Shown: positions 25,882 through 38,003 of the stretch, piece after piece
How positions within the stretch are numbered: position 1 is the first letter of the stretch
How the letters are laid out: every line of letters starts with the position of its first letter
Assembly: GCF_000143415.4 (NCBI RefSeq)
Contig: NW_003314268.1
Location: forward strand, 1,193,247 to 1,257,246
DNA from: Selaginella moellendorffii
Taxonomy: Eukaryota; Plantae; Lycopodiophyta
DNA: 64,000 nt
Direction: 5' to 3'
The notes under the pieces: model-generated
What the model was told of the DNA's origin: nothing
The model's input: only the letters and a program-made list of their open reading frames with translations
Database searches by the model: none
Program-made: the position numbers and the translations under genes

Positions 25882-27416
25882 ATGTTTTGGGCGGTGCATA
25901 TAGTGGTCTTCCTCCTCACTGCTTTCATCCTCAAGCAATGGCTCTCCAGCATATCTCTCAATCTTCCGCCAGGCCCCAGAGGATTACCTCTCGTCGGCCA
26001 CTTCCATCTCCTGGCCATGGGCAAGCTCCCACACATCGCACTCCAGCAGCTCTCCAAGAGATTTGGACCCCTCTTTCACTTGCGCCTGGGATCTGTCCCT
26101 GTGTTCGTGGTTTCCAGTCCAGAAATGGCCAAGGAGTTTCTCAAGAACCACGACACGGAATTCGCCTATAGGCCTCGGAACAACGTGGTCTCCATAGTCG
26201 TGGATAGCAGGAGCATGTCTTTCTCGCCATATGGAGACTACTGGAAGAAGCTGAGGAAGCTCTGCGCCACGGAGATATTCACGGCCAAAAGGATGAGTAT
26301 GAACACGCAGATCATCCGGGACGAGCTGTGGGAGCTCAGTGGTGAGCTATTGAGAGCTTCTAAGGCTGGCCAAGTTGTTGGAGTGAGACCACACTTGAGG
26401 GCGCTCAGCTTCAACGTCATGACTCGCATTCTGATGAAGAAGACGTACTTTGGATCCAAGGCCTCGGGCGATCCCGCTATTGCGGCGGAGGCCTCGAATT
26501 TCATAGCGATGATTGATGAGATCCTCGAGGTGGGAGCGGCTTTCTCGATCACTGACTATTTCCCCTACTTGAGCTGGCTCGACTTGGTTGCCCGCCGTGC
26601 AAAGGTGGCCGGGGATAAAATGAATGGCTTCTTGCAAAAGGTTTTGGACGAGCAGCGCCCCGGTGAGGTTCCCGATTTCGTGGAGGTCACAAGGTCTCAC
26701 ATTGGAAACGATGTGGTCAGTCTCAGAGCTCTCCTCATGGTAAGTTGCAAATCTGTGGAACTTACTTGATTGTTCTGTGATCTTGATAGGATCTACTTCT
26801 TGGTGGATCTGAAACAGCATCCACTGTGACAGAGTGGGCTCTGGCGGAACTTCTTCACCACCCAGATTGGATGGTCAAAGCTCAGCAAGAGATTGAGAGT
26901 GTTGTTGGACGCACACGCATGGTCGAAGAGGGAGACATATCCAAGCTCGAGGTTTTGAATGCCATCATCAAGGAAAGCTTTCGTCTCCATCCTCCCGTTT
27001 CTTTGCTCATACCACATGCATCGGTCGAGGCTCAGAATGTTGCAGGCTATGACATCCCCAAGAATGCAATGCTTATTGTGAATGTCTACGCGATTGGCAG
27101 AGACCCTCGAGTTTGGAGTGATCCTCTGGAGTTTCAGCCCCAGCGATTCATTGGCAGCAGCATCGGTGTCAATGGCCAAGACTTTGAGCTGCTTCCATTT
27201 GGATCTGGAAAGAGGGCTTGCCCCGGGCTTCATCTGGGTCTTAGAAACGTCCAGCTCGTTCTTTCTAATCTTCTCCATGGATTCGAGTGGAAATTTCCTG
27301 GAAGCCCAAAAGATCAAACTATGGATGAAGCTATGGGAAACATAAGCTTCATGGCACACACTCTCAAAGCCAAAATCACTCCCAGGCTCAACGAAAGTCT
27401 TTACAGGTTGACTTAG
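25882..27416 (+). CDS. Cytochrome P450, CYP71 clan, copy 2 (exons 25882-26739, 26790-27416)
   Basis: Near-identical to copy 1 (6 aa differences seen: I/V, I/L, M/V, L/V, S/A, S/P); motifs intact. Confidence 0.95.
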
Positions 27417-27767
27417 GATCATTTGATAATATATTATATAACTCAAGATCATAGAATCAATTAGTCTCATACAATCTTCAAACCAAAATTTAATCATGTA
27501 GTACTTACAGATAACATTTAATGTTTGTCTCAACGATCTTGGGCAAATGCAACTGGACTAGCAAATCCTCTTGTTCAAGAAAAAGTCTGGAAACTTTTAA
27601 AGTTAGCAAGATGTGCCAAGCCCTTCACATTTTCCAGACCATAAATAGTGTCTGAAAATCTCACCTAATGTCTCAAATTTTGCTATGGCTAGAAGCTTAA
27701 TGTCAACACTATAAACTTCATGTAGTATAATGACTCTAAACTACTTACAAAGTGGAGGACAACCATG

Positions 27768-27904
27768 GAGGCATCAGCGAGGACGTAGCAGCAGCAATGA
27801 TTGTGAGCGGGTTCTGTCGTGAAGTTGTGGACCAGTTTGTTGGAGAGTTTGAGAGGGAGCTTCCCGAGCTTCTCAGGATGAAGCTCAAGGGCTCCGTTGG
27901 TTAG
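27768..27904 (+). pseudogene. Duplicated 3' end of SufB at the duplication junction
   Basis: [44 protein letters not shown] plus 3' flank homologous to 51677-51812 reversed. Confidence 0.9.
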
Positions 27905-28235
27905 AAGAGAGAGAATGAGCGAAGTCATCAAAGAATTGTGTTGATGAATTTGCTTTAAAGCTCAAGGTTAGATTGTTTTAGTTGAGCCTTAAGTGGACGC
28001 TGTACAGTGTGTATAAGTGGCATTAGTGCTATTTGAGCCACGAGAAGCCCTGACAAAAACTATACTTTAGAGTGATTCTACTATATTGCAATTGGCTGGT
28101 TTAATGTTTCTAGTTTCTAGATTGCTGGGGTTTCAGAGCAATTTGTATGCGTTTGTTGCACCAAAAATCTCTAGGATAGCACGAAATCAAGTACTTGAGA
28201 GCCAGCCTTTTGTCTTTATTTTAACATTAACGATG

Positions 28236-28239
<4 letters not shown>

Positions 28240-28280
<41 letters not shown>

Positions 28281-28321
28281 ATATGTATGTATGTATGTAT
28301 GTATATGTGTATGTATATATA
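28240..28321. repeat. Compound microsatellite (TA)n(TG)n(TATG)n
   Basis: Seen directly; much shorter in the paralog at ~51314-51345. Confidence 0.9.
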
Positions 28322-28329
28322 CTTAATAT

Positions 28330-31300
28330 CGATGTCTTGCCAAAATGCTTGCATGACACTCTTGGAAGGTCTCCTTGCATAAGTTGTGGCTTGAACTGAG
28401 AACTATAAGACCCTTTTGCCATAATAAATTCTCATGATACATTAGCTTCTCATGCGTATAGTCAGGATTATCACAAAACTGTTGCCAAATATCCGAAAGC
28501 ATCGGATCCAGCAAGTAGCCTTCGTGAATCTTATCAACATACACTGCTTGCTTCAGTACGTTCAAATCATCGTGAACCTAAACCCTAACACATCAGGAAG
28601 GATGTGCTTTTCCCTGTAGTGAAATCCAATGCTTGCAGTTGCTCCACCCAGCACTGCTATTTCTTGGACAAATGTTGTTGCTCCAAAATAAATTTGAGGC
28701 TGTGATGGTTTGTTTGGAGCATAAACTGTCGAGGCAACAGATAATGGTGGTAGCGACCAATTGCATGAATAACTGCTAGCATTTCCTGTTCATACACTAG
28801 TAACCTGAACTTCTGAACAGAGAAGCGACAACTATCAAAGGCCACCAATTCCTCTCCTTGGCAGAGAACTGCTCCAATTCATGCATCTGATGCATCAGTA
28901 TCAACAATGAAAAGTTGCGAGAAATCTGGAAGCAAAAGTAACAGTGCACCCAGAAGTCGTTGCTTCAGCAACTCAAATGATTCTTGGGCTACATCTGACC
29001 ATTGAAAAGTAGAAGAGCGCAAAATATTGCTGAGCAGAGCCGCAATAGAGGCAAGCAATGTAAATAGTTTACAAAGCCATAAAAAGCTCATAGTTGCTTC
29101 AAAGATTTGGGAAGTGGCCAATTTGCAACAACTTATAATTGTGATGGATCAACCCATACCTTGCCAATGTCCTACACAAAATCTAAGGTACTGAATGGTC
29201 TTCAGTCCAAAAGAACACTTGGATAACTTTGCAACCAAAGCATTGTTCTCCAATGGATAAAATCACTTCCAAGTGGTGCAAGTGTTCTGTCCAGTTCTGA
29301 CTATAGATTAGTATGTCATAAAAAAGAAATTATAACGAACTGGAAGAAATACATAGCCAAGAGCTTGTTCACGAGACTTTCAAACGTAGTAGGCACATTA
29401 GTAAGGCCAAAAGGCATTACTCTGAATTGAAACAATCCTTGGTGAGTCCTGAATGCTGTCTTGGCCTTGTCCTCATCTTGCATGGCAATATGATAGTAAC
29501 CAGAATGAAGGTCAATCTTGGAAAAGAACTTGGTGCTGCCAAGTTCATTCAGAAGCTCATCTACCCTGGGAATAGAGAACCTATTCTTGACGGTTATCCT
29601 GTAATCCACCACCATGAACCATAAAAGATGTGAACAAACTATTGCTTTCCTCCACCAACCCTTCCTGTTGTAATTCCTCCACCATGGTATCAACGTTGGC
29701 TCGTCCCTCCCTACTCAGACGAATTATCAGAAAGTTAACTGTGATGGAGTGCGGTTCTAACTCAATCCGATGTGTGATCCTAGTGACTTCACTAAAATGA
29801 TTACTAATTTTCCGAGTGAAAACATGGGCATGCTGGATTGCCACTGCCTTGATATCTGCATGCATGGAGGAAGACTTTATGTCTGTCACTGCCTCCTCCA
29901 CCTCAACTGATGAGAACTCTTCCCCCTTCCCACAAAGACTGGAATCGAGTTGCCTATCACTAGCAACCAAATTCATTGCACTACCACTTTCTTTGCTGCT
30001 TTCTTCAAGTGTAGTCTTGAGCTTATTCAAGTCCCCACTCCTTTCTTCACAGTGTTGTCCTGCTTTCTTCACACCCAGACTTGAAGCTTGAGCAAGAAAC
30101 CCACTACTTTCTCCACAGTGTTGTCCTACTTTCTTCACACCCGTCTCTAGCTGCCCACATGGACCACTACTACTTTCTTTGCAGTGTTGTCCTGCTTTCT
30201 TCACACCCAGGTCCAAAAGATGCAGCTCAGCTATCTTTTTTTCTTGAAGGTACAAAAGAAAGGAAAGTTGTTGGGCTCCTTCCAAAAAGCTCTCTACCGT
30301 CTCCAGCATACTTGCATTCGAACGGGTACGATTATTAAAAAACGCCGATTAAAACGCGCGTATAATACGGCGTTTAAAACGGCGTTTAAACACCAAGAAT
30401 ATTTTTAAAAACCCTAAAGAATATGCTTTCTTTTACTTAGGATTAGGGTTCATGTAAAATCAGGGTTCGAAAAAAACCGTAAAATCAGGGTTCGAAAAAA
30501 ACTGAAAACCATTATACCCGTTCGAAAAAAAGCTAAACAGGTATTAAACGTTCGATACCCGTTCGAATCCGGTTGCGTTCGAATGTTCGGATGCAAGTAT
30601 GGTCTCCAGCAACCCTTCGTGTCTGCCTCACATGACACTCTGGAAAGAGGCGAGTTCTCTCTCCCCATCACGGCAGTATCTCTGGCAGTTCCCCACTAGC
30701 CTCTTGTGTGAAGAAGTAACCCGAGCTCCTTGAGCCGAGATTCCAAGGTCTGCTACTTCTCTGCTAAAAGACACATCACTGCTATGCTCTCATACTATTG
30801 ATCTGCTAACAACTGGACCAAAACTTGCATGCCCCGGATTGTAGCTATGACTTGCTGCTGGTGAAGAAGATTCTGCTTGATCAATGCTTGCATGGTTGAT
30901 TCCAATTGCTGGATTATCAATCCTTGCTCTTCCTTTTCCCCTTCTTGGTCATGCACCTGATTTGGATTGGAAACTCACTCTAGCTCCTCGTCCATTAGTG
31001 TGGTGGCCTCAATTTGCTTCTTTATTGGCCTCATGTTTACAAATTTTGCCAAAGATGCTAGAGAAGCCATTTGCAAAGAAACCCTATTTCGCCATAGCAC
31101 CCATACAAAGGGATAACTGACTCTAAGTTGGTCATGCTGATTAACTAGCTGAAAATGACATCTGCTAAGACTCCCATAACCAAAATCCTTTTTAGGATTG
31201 CCTGCATTAGCCCCATCCTTTGCTATGATGCCAAACCCTTGCCTGGTACACCCAATATGATTGGTAGTGTTGCTTCGATACCACTGTTTAGATCTGCCCA
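28330..31300 (-). mobile_element. Decayed Ty3/gypsy remnant (element C) copy 1, most of gag and the protease deleted
   Basis: RT (FSKIDLHSGYYHI, FRVMPFGL) and RNaseH (FIVDTDAS) remnants; homologous to 47200-51300. Confidence 0.85.
30307..30601. mobile_element. hAT-like MITE (295 bp) with 8-bp TSD GTCTCCAG
   Basis: TIRs CATACTTGCATTCGAAC / GTTCGGATGCAAGTATG; TSD at 30299-30306 and 30602-30609; empty site in the paralog at ~49280. Confidence 0.92.
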
Positions 31301-34300
31301 GATCTCCTAGTAGGAATCACTAATATATTCCATGGAAGAGAAATACAGAGGAGGAAAAGAGAGAAATTGGAAGAGGAGAGAAGAGAAAATAGAACCCAAA
31401 AATATAACCTACCTTCCATACCAATTTCTCCCTCCTTTAATGAGGAATCCTTGCCGTACCGTGCTCACCAAGCTTAAATTGTCCAGGTCAAAACTGTCCA
31501 AGGAAGCAATGAGAACACTTCCTAACAACAAGGCTGTGTGTGTTTTCTTTTCAAGGTTCCATGTGGCTGCTTTGGCACACACATCGTGGAATTTGCTCAA
31601 TTTCCAGAATGTTTTGTCGCACTTGCCAAGCAAAAGGCTCAAAAACTTATTGCCACAAGTAATTCTGGAGGATAGGGATAAAGGTTGGAAATTCCTTAAG
31701 GGCTTTGCTGCATTGCTGCTGGATTAGATGAGCCATGAATATGCCTTGAAGAAGGTCTAGGATCTCAATGCTGAGTTCTTGGACAATCTTCCTGTCATTG
31801 ATATGATTTTAAATTTCTTTCCTATTCCCATATAATTGCTGTACAATGTTGTAACTGCTGTGTTGCTGTACAAAGTTGTGTACAACTTCAGTCCATGTTA
31901 TCCTATGTGGGAAAAGTTTCTTCCAGCAATGGAAAAATGTCCTCTTCATCCACAGTTTTCTTCTTCATTATTCTCATCTTGGTTTGGTTCTTGTGTGGCT
32001 GGCCTCAGGAGAAATGGCTCTATCACCAAGGGATCATTATTTGTAATCAAGGCATTTGTAGGAGCTACAACTGTAAGGACCACAACATATATTTATGAAG
32101 AGAGAATTTAAAAAAAATAATGACTTACGTTCACAAACATCCTTCTCCTCGAGTGCTTGGGCCTAATTTTAATAACTTAGCCAATGTTTGTCAATAAGAT
32201 GCTCCATAACATCGTATAAGTAGATTACTATTGCTCGGTGTAAGGAACCGACTCCCCGAGCTGTCGTAAGCTAAAAGATCCCCGAAAGCATGACCGAAAT
32301 GACAAAGAGTTCATCGAATGGGACCGAGTCGAAGATCGAGTCCAAGACCGACTCTGAGACCGAGTTCGAGATAGAGTCTGGGATCGAGCCGAGGCCGAAT
32401 TGGAGACCGAGTTCAAGACCGAGTTCGAGACTGAGTTCGAGACAGAGTCCAAGATCCAAATCGGGTTCGAGACCAAGTCTGAGGTTGAGTCCGAAGTCGA
32501 GTCTGAGATCGGATCCAAGATTGAGTTCGAGATCGAGTCCGAGACCGAGTCCGAAGTCGGGTCCGAGATCGAGTCCGAGATCAAATCTGAGCCTAAGTCC
32601 AAATACTAATACAGGTCAAGGGGTGAAAGCCCAAAACATGCGTCTCCTGGGGGGGGGAGGGGGGGGGGCTGTAGAGGGTTCCAAAAGTATAGTAGGGATA
32701 GTGAGGTCCAGGAACTAGTCTTGAAGGAACTCTTTAGTGGTGCTTCCAAACTGACTTGAGGTTGAGACTGGGGCCGAGGGGCCTTGAGTGGGAGTGAGCA
32801 TGGGCTTGGATGGTGCCAGAGGGGCCACCCAGGGAAGTGTTCAAGAGCAGCTCCCACTCTTGAAAGGGAAACCGACTGCGGTGCTCCCGACTCATGTGGA
32901 GTGGTGCCCCACATGAGTACCTTGTGGCTCTTTGGTCCTTGCCCTTTCTAGGGGCTTGGGCCTTCCCTTCGGGATGGAAGTGAGGGGTAGAGGTACCCAT
33001 ACTGGGCTGTTAGGCCACGATGTTTCGCCCCGATGTCCCAAAGCAAGTGTTGCACCCAAGGCTTGGGATTTAGAGGGTCCCATGATCAAGTTTTGTTGTA
33101 CCAAGGTGTTAGGAACCTAGAGGCTTGGTGTGCTTGGCTACTTATGCCTATGGGGAGTGTAGCCAAACCTTAAGTCCAATCTAACCTGGGGAGGGGGATT
33201 GGGAGAGAATTGGGAATCCGTAGATGGATGGCTAACACTCCATTGCTCGTGCAATGAGTAGTTGAAACCAAGTAGGACAAAGTAGAGGCTGGTACAATAG
33301 GCGGGAACTTTGGTGAGGGAACTTAGCATAAGCCAAGGCAGTGTTGGTCGGATAGACGAGGTAAGCTGGCAAATTGGAAAGGAAAAATTTGTGGCTTACA
33401 ATTTGGTATCGGAGCCTTTTCCTCAGTTCTAGCGAAGGATAGAGGTGGATTGCTCGGAGATGGCAAAGGCAGGGCGTAAGCGAACCCAGGTGGAGACGGA
33501 ACCTCTGCCAAAGCTGGAGCCTCCGGTCGAACAAGAGGCTATGGATGAGGAATCCTTGCATGAGGAGGACTCTAGTGAGGAAACTTCCAAACATGAGTCC
33601 GGTGGCGAGGTTCGGTCGTCTAAGGCTCGATTGGACGTTCTAGAAGGACAATTGGCGCAGACCAATGCCCTGCTAGAGACTCTCGTACGCAAGCTAAAGC
33701 GTGACGAGAAGCGGAAGAAAAAGCGAAAGACTGCGGATGCTGGTAGCGCAAAAGGTGCGGACCCTTCGGCAGGGACTGAGGCAAAACTAGACAAGGTCGA
33801 ACAGACCGAAGTGGAATCAATCCCTCAGGCAATTCCCAAGTACAAACCAAAGCCCCCACCGGTCTTCAAGGGAGTGAACAACTATAAGGTGGTGGAGGAT
33901 TGATTTTACGATATGGAGGACTACTTCCGAGCATTGCGGTTACCAAGCTCGGAGAAGGTCCCATGTGCAAAACCATATTTGGCAGATAATGCCAAGTCTT
34001 GGTGGAGAATGACAGAGGCCAACGAAGGACCTGTGGCCACTTGGGAAATGATGAAGGCGAGGATCCGCGCGACTTATGTTCCTCCGAATGCTACTCTGCA
34101 TCTAAGGGACAAGCTGAGTAGGCTGAAGCAGACCGGAACCATTCAGGAGTATGTGAATGGGTTTATGGCAAAGAGGATACTTGTCACGGACATGGGGGAT
34201 ATGGATGCATTCCATGCCTTCATATCAGGTTTGCAAACCTAGGCTCGCAGTGAGGTGATGCGGTGGAACCCAACCAACTACAAGGAAGCATTGGATGCGA

Positions 34301-37300
34301 CCATCAAGGTGCATTTCAACGATAACCTACAAAAGGGGAACACAACGGGGTCGGGATCCACGTTTAGCAAAGGGGCCAAACCAAGGGGAACGTATAGCAG
34401 GGGGAAATTCAAGAAGAGTTTCTCTAAGAATGAGTCCTCGGGGTTCCGGAAAGGCAAATCCAATGGCCAGCGAGCGAGTACGTGGGGGAGTCAAGCGAAA
34501 AGAGACAAACCCATGGATAAGAAGGTCAAGTCATATAGCAGCGTGGGAAACAACGTATGCTACAACTGCGGTGAAGCGGGACACTTTTCGAGGGAATGTC
34601 CCTACCCGAAGAAGGCCAGAGCCAATATGGCCATCAAGTCGGGTGAAGTCCAAACTGAGGTATGTGATCCAGTCCCTAACTCAAAGTTACTCATTACACG
34701 AGCAACTTTGGTAGAGAGTCGTTCGCGACATCTACTAGCCCTCCGAGGGAAGCTCGGAGGTAGCTTTGTTAAAATCCTTATTGACACGGGTGCTTCGGAT
34801 AATTTTGTGGCTGCAGACATAGTCCGGCAAGCCGGACTAACGGTGCAGCGGCTAGGCGAACTAAGGACTATAGAGTTTGTTCAAGGTAGCCAAAGGACCG
34901 ATGAGGTACTTTGACAAGCGAGAGTCGAAGTAGGGACATGGAAAGTAGACATGGATTTCACCGTGTTGGACATGGTGGGATTTGACATGATCTTCGGAAT
35001 GGATTGGTTCAATCGATTCGTGGTGGCCATGCATGGACAAGGTAGGAACCTTGTGGTACTGGCGAATGCCCAAGGAAGAAGATTTAGGGTGGAGGCCCAG
35101 GATCTAAAGGTAGGGCAAAGCAAGGCCAAAGATTCCTGCTTAAACCTGGTGTCCACGAGAGGATAACTCACTAAAGGAACTAAGGCAGCTTTTTTGTGCT
35201 TACTCTTGGTGAAGAGTGACAAAAAGATAGAAACGGAAGAAGTACCTTTAGTGATCCAGCGGGTGTTGGACCAATTCCAGGATACCATGCCAGAGGAGCT
35301 ACCAGCGGGGTTGCCCCCCGCACGACCGATAAAACATAAGATTGAGCTGGTCGAGGGTGTTGAGGCGGTGGTTCGTCCCCCCTATCATTTGAACGAAAAA
35401 GAACTCAAGGAGCTCAAGTGCCAACTAGAGGAGTTGGTGGACAAAGGGTATGTTAGGTTAAGCAAGTTGCCGTATGGGGCGCCGGTGTTATTTGTGAAAA
35501 AGAAAGATGGATCTATGCGCATGTGCATAGACTACCGGTTGCTCAACAAGTATACAAAGAAGAACAAGTATCCTGACCTTAGGTCAATCCTTGAGAAGTA
35601 TTTTGCCTTTCCCAACCTATCGAACATGTCCTCAATTCTTGGCAAAGGGTACTACCAGATCAAGGTAGCCGAGGAAGATGTCAAGAAGACAACTTGTCGA
35701 ACGAGGTATGGGAGCTATGAGTGTTTGGTGATGCCCTTCGGGCGATGCAATGCGCCGGCAACGTTTTCGGCGCTGATGAACCACATCTTTGTACCTTATC
35801 TGGATCACTTCATGGTCGTTTATATCAACGACATCCTGATCTATAGCGAGACACTAGAGGAGCATGCCGAACACTTGGCGAAGGTGTTTGAGAAACTAAG
35901 GGAACACAAACTGTATGCTAAAGAGAGCAAATGTGACTTTGCTCAACAAGAGGTAAAGTTTCTTGGGCATGTGGTGGGCCAGGACGGGCTCAAGGTGGAC
36001 CCGGAGAAGGTCCAAGCGATCCAGGAATGGGAGCGACCATCAAATATGAGTTGAGGGCATTCTTGGGGCTATGCAACTACTACCGAAAGTTTATTAGACA
36101 CTATTCAAGAGTAGCCCTGCCCTTAATAGACCAAACAGGAAAAGGGAAGATGGTATGGACAGTGGAATGCGAGGCGGCATTCGTCCATCTCAAAGGGAAG
36201 TTGAGGAAGGCCCCCCGTGTTAGCATTACCAGACTTTGGTAAGGACTTTGAGGTAGAAACAGATGCTTCGGACTTTGCGTTGGGCGCAGTTTTGAAGCAA
36301 GACAACCATCCAGCAACGTTCTTCTCGAAGAATTTAGACAAGGCTCAACGGAAGTGGCCTGCCCACGAGAAGGAATTGTTTGCGGTGGTCAAGGCGCTCA
36401 AGGAGTGGCGACACTACCTTGGGAGACACTTCAAGGTTTACATGGACAATGTGGCAACGAAACACTTCTTATCACAGCCCGACTTGAGAGGGAAACAAGG
36501 TCAGTGGGCCAATGCCTTGGCCAAGTTTGATTGTGAGATTCTGTACAAGCCTGGGAAGAACAACATCGTGGCGGATGCGCTAAATCGAAAAACGAGCTTG
36601 AGGTTGGTGATATCCAGTGCAACAGCAACCTTTTGGGATGATGTGCGGACAGCATATGAGAATGATGGTCTAGCACAAGAAGTGTTGTTGAGGAATCTAG
36701 AGGCATGGGAAGCTCACCAAAGAGGTGAGCTGCCAACGGAAGAGAAAACGAGCTATGCGGAACGCAACAGACTCATCTATTACAAGCAAACGAGGGTGTA
36801 TGTTCCAGAAGGGGAACTAAGGAAGGTAGCCTTAGAAGAGTGTCATGACGGACCTCTTGCAGGACACGGCGGAGTGCCCAAGACAATAGGCTTACTCAAG
36901 AGGAAGTACCATTGGCCAGATATGGCTAAGGACGTCCAAGACTATGTAAAGACATGTCCAACATGTTAGCAGGTCAAAGCCGTGACTAAGGCTAGTGGGG
37001 GCTTGTTGCAAAGCATCCCAATTCCAGATCGTCTGTGGAAATGTCTTATGATGGACTTCATCACGGGACTTCCCCCAAGCGAGGGGTTTGATGCGATATT
37101 CGTGGTGGTGGACCGATTTTCGAAAATGGCACATTTCATACCCACCACAACGGAAGTGGATGCGGAAGGTGTGGCGAAGCTGTTCTTCGAACAAGTGGTT
37201 CAAGTGCGGGGAAGGCCAGAAGAGATCATCTCAGATCGAGATAAGATCTTCACTAATAGGTTCTGGAGGACTCTCCTGGAACAGTATCGCACCAAGTTGA

Positions 37301-37330
37301 AATTCAGCACAACCTATCACCCACAGACAG

Positions 37331-37377
37331 ATATGGGGTATTAAGTCAAGTTTGGTAGCACTAACACTTCTTGACAG
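37331..37377 (+). other. Intron-like insert 1 in element A integrase (donor GT>AT, branch CTAAC, TTGACAG acceptor)
   Basis: Removal restores HPQTDGQTERVN exactly. Confidence 0.75.
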
Positions 37378-37777
37378 ACGGACAAACGGAAAGGGTGAAT
37401 AGGCAGCTGGAGGATTATTTGCGATGCTATGTCTCAGAAGACCAGACCGATTGGGTAAGTTATTTGGGACTTGCGGAAATGTGTTATAACAACTCACCAC
37501 ATTCGAGTATCAGGGTGAGTCCATGGGAAGTCATCAATGGGCGAGCTATTGAAGGTCCTGTGGAGCTCGGCGTGGCCGAGTACTAGGAGAGCTGGCCGTA
37601 GTGGAGGCATTCACGGCAGAAAGACTCAGCATTTGGAATCTAGTGAGGGATTCCTTGGAACGGGCTCAACGTGAACCAAAAGCGTCAGGATGTAGAGTTC
37701 CAAGCTGGGGAGAAGGTGTGGTTGAACACCAAGAACCTCAGGCTACCAAGTGGGATCAGCCGAAAGTTGATCTAAAG

Positions 37778-37829
37778 GTAAAAATGCATGTATTCCTGTA
37801 AATGAATTGATTTTGAGTTCCTTAAGCAG
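37778..37829 (+). other. Intron-like insert 2 in element A integrase (GTAAAA...GCAG)
   Basis: Removal restores the KL..RFAGPYEI (GPY/F) motif in frame. Confidence 0.8.
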
Positions 37830-38003
37830 GTTCGCTGGGCCCTACGAGATTGAGGCACGAATCGGTAAAGTGGCTTACCGTCTCTGACTTCCTCGAGAGA
37901 TGGGGAAGATGCACCCAGTGTTCCACGTGAACTTACTCAAACCGTACTTTAAGGATCCACTTCGCAAGGACCAAGTGAGACCTTTACCTAAGATTATCCA
38001 AGG

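Larger units (their letters stand above)
32239..38003 (+). mobile_element. Chromovirus (Ty3/gypsy) element A: 5' LTR 32239-33400, PBS, gag-pol truncated by the inversion breakpoint
   Basis: TSD CTCGG at 32234-32238; PBS TGGTATCGGAGC (tRNA-iMet); gag, CCHC knuckle CYNCGEAGHFSREC, protease DTGAS, RT, RNaseH, HHCC and integrase core, with stops and frameshifts. Confidence 0.95.

Noticed and set aside
1-27416. Biosynthetic gene cluster (acetyltransferase + glycosyltransferase + P450s)
   Set aside because: NAA40 and XYLT are housekeeping protein-modifying enzymes; no scaffold-forming enzyme is present
12121-27757. Primary inverted (fold-back) duplication of the P450
   Set aside because: TSD pairing indicates a direct tandem duplication followed by a later inversion
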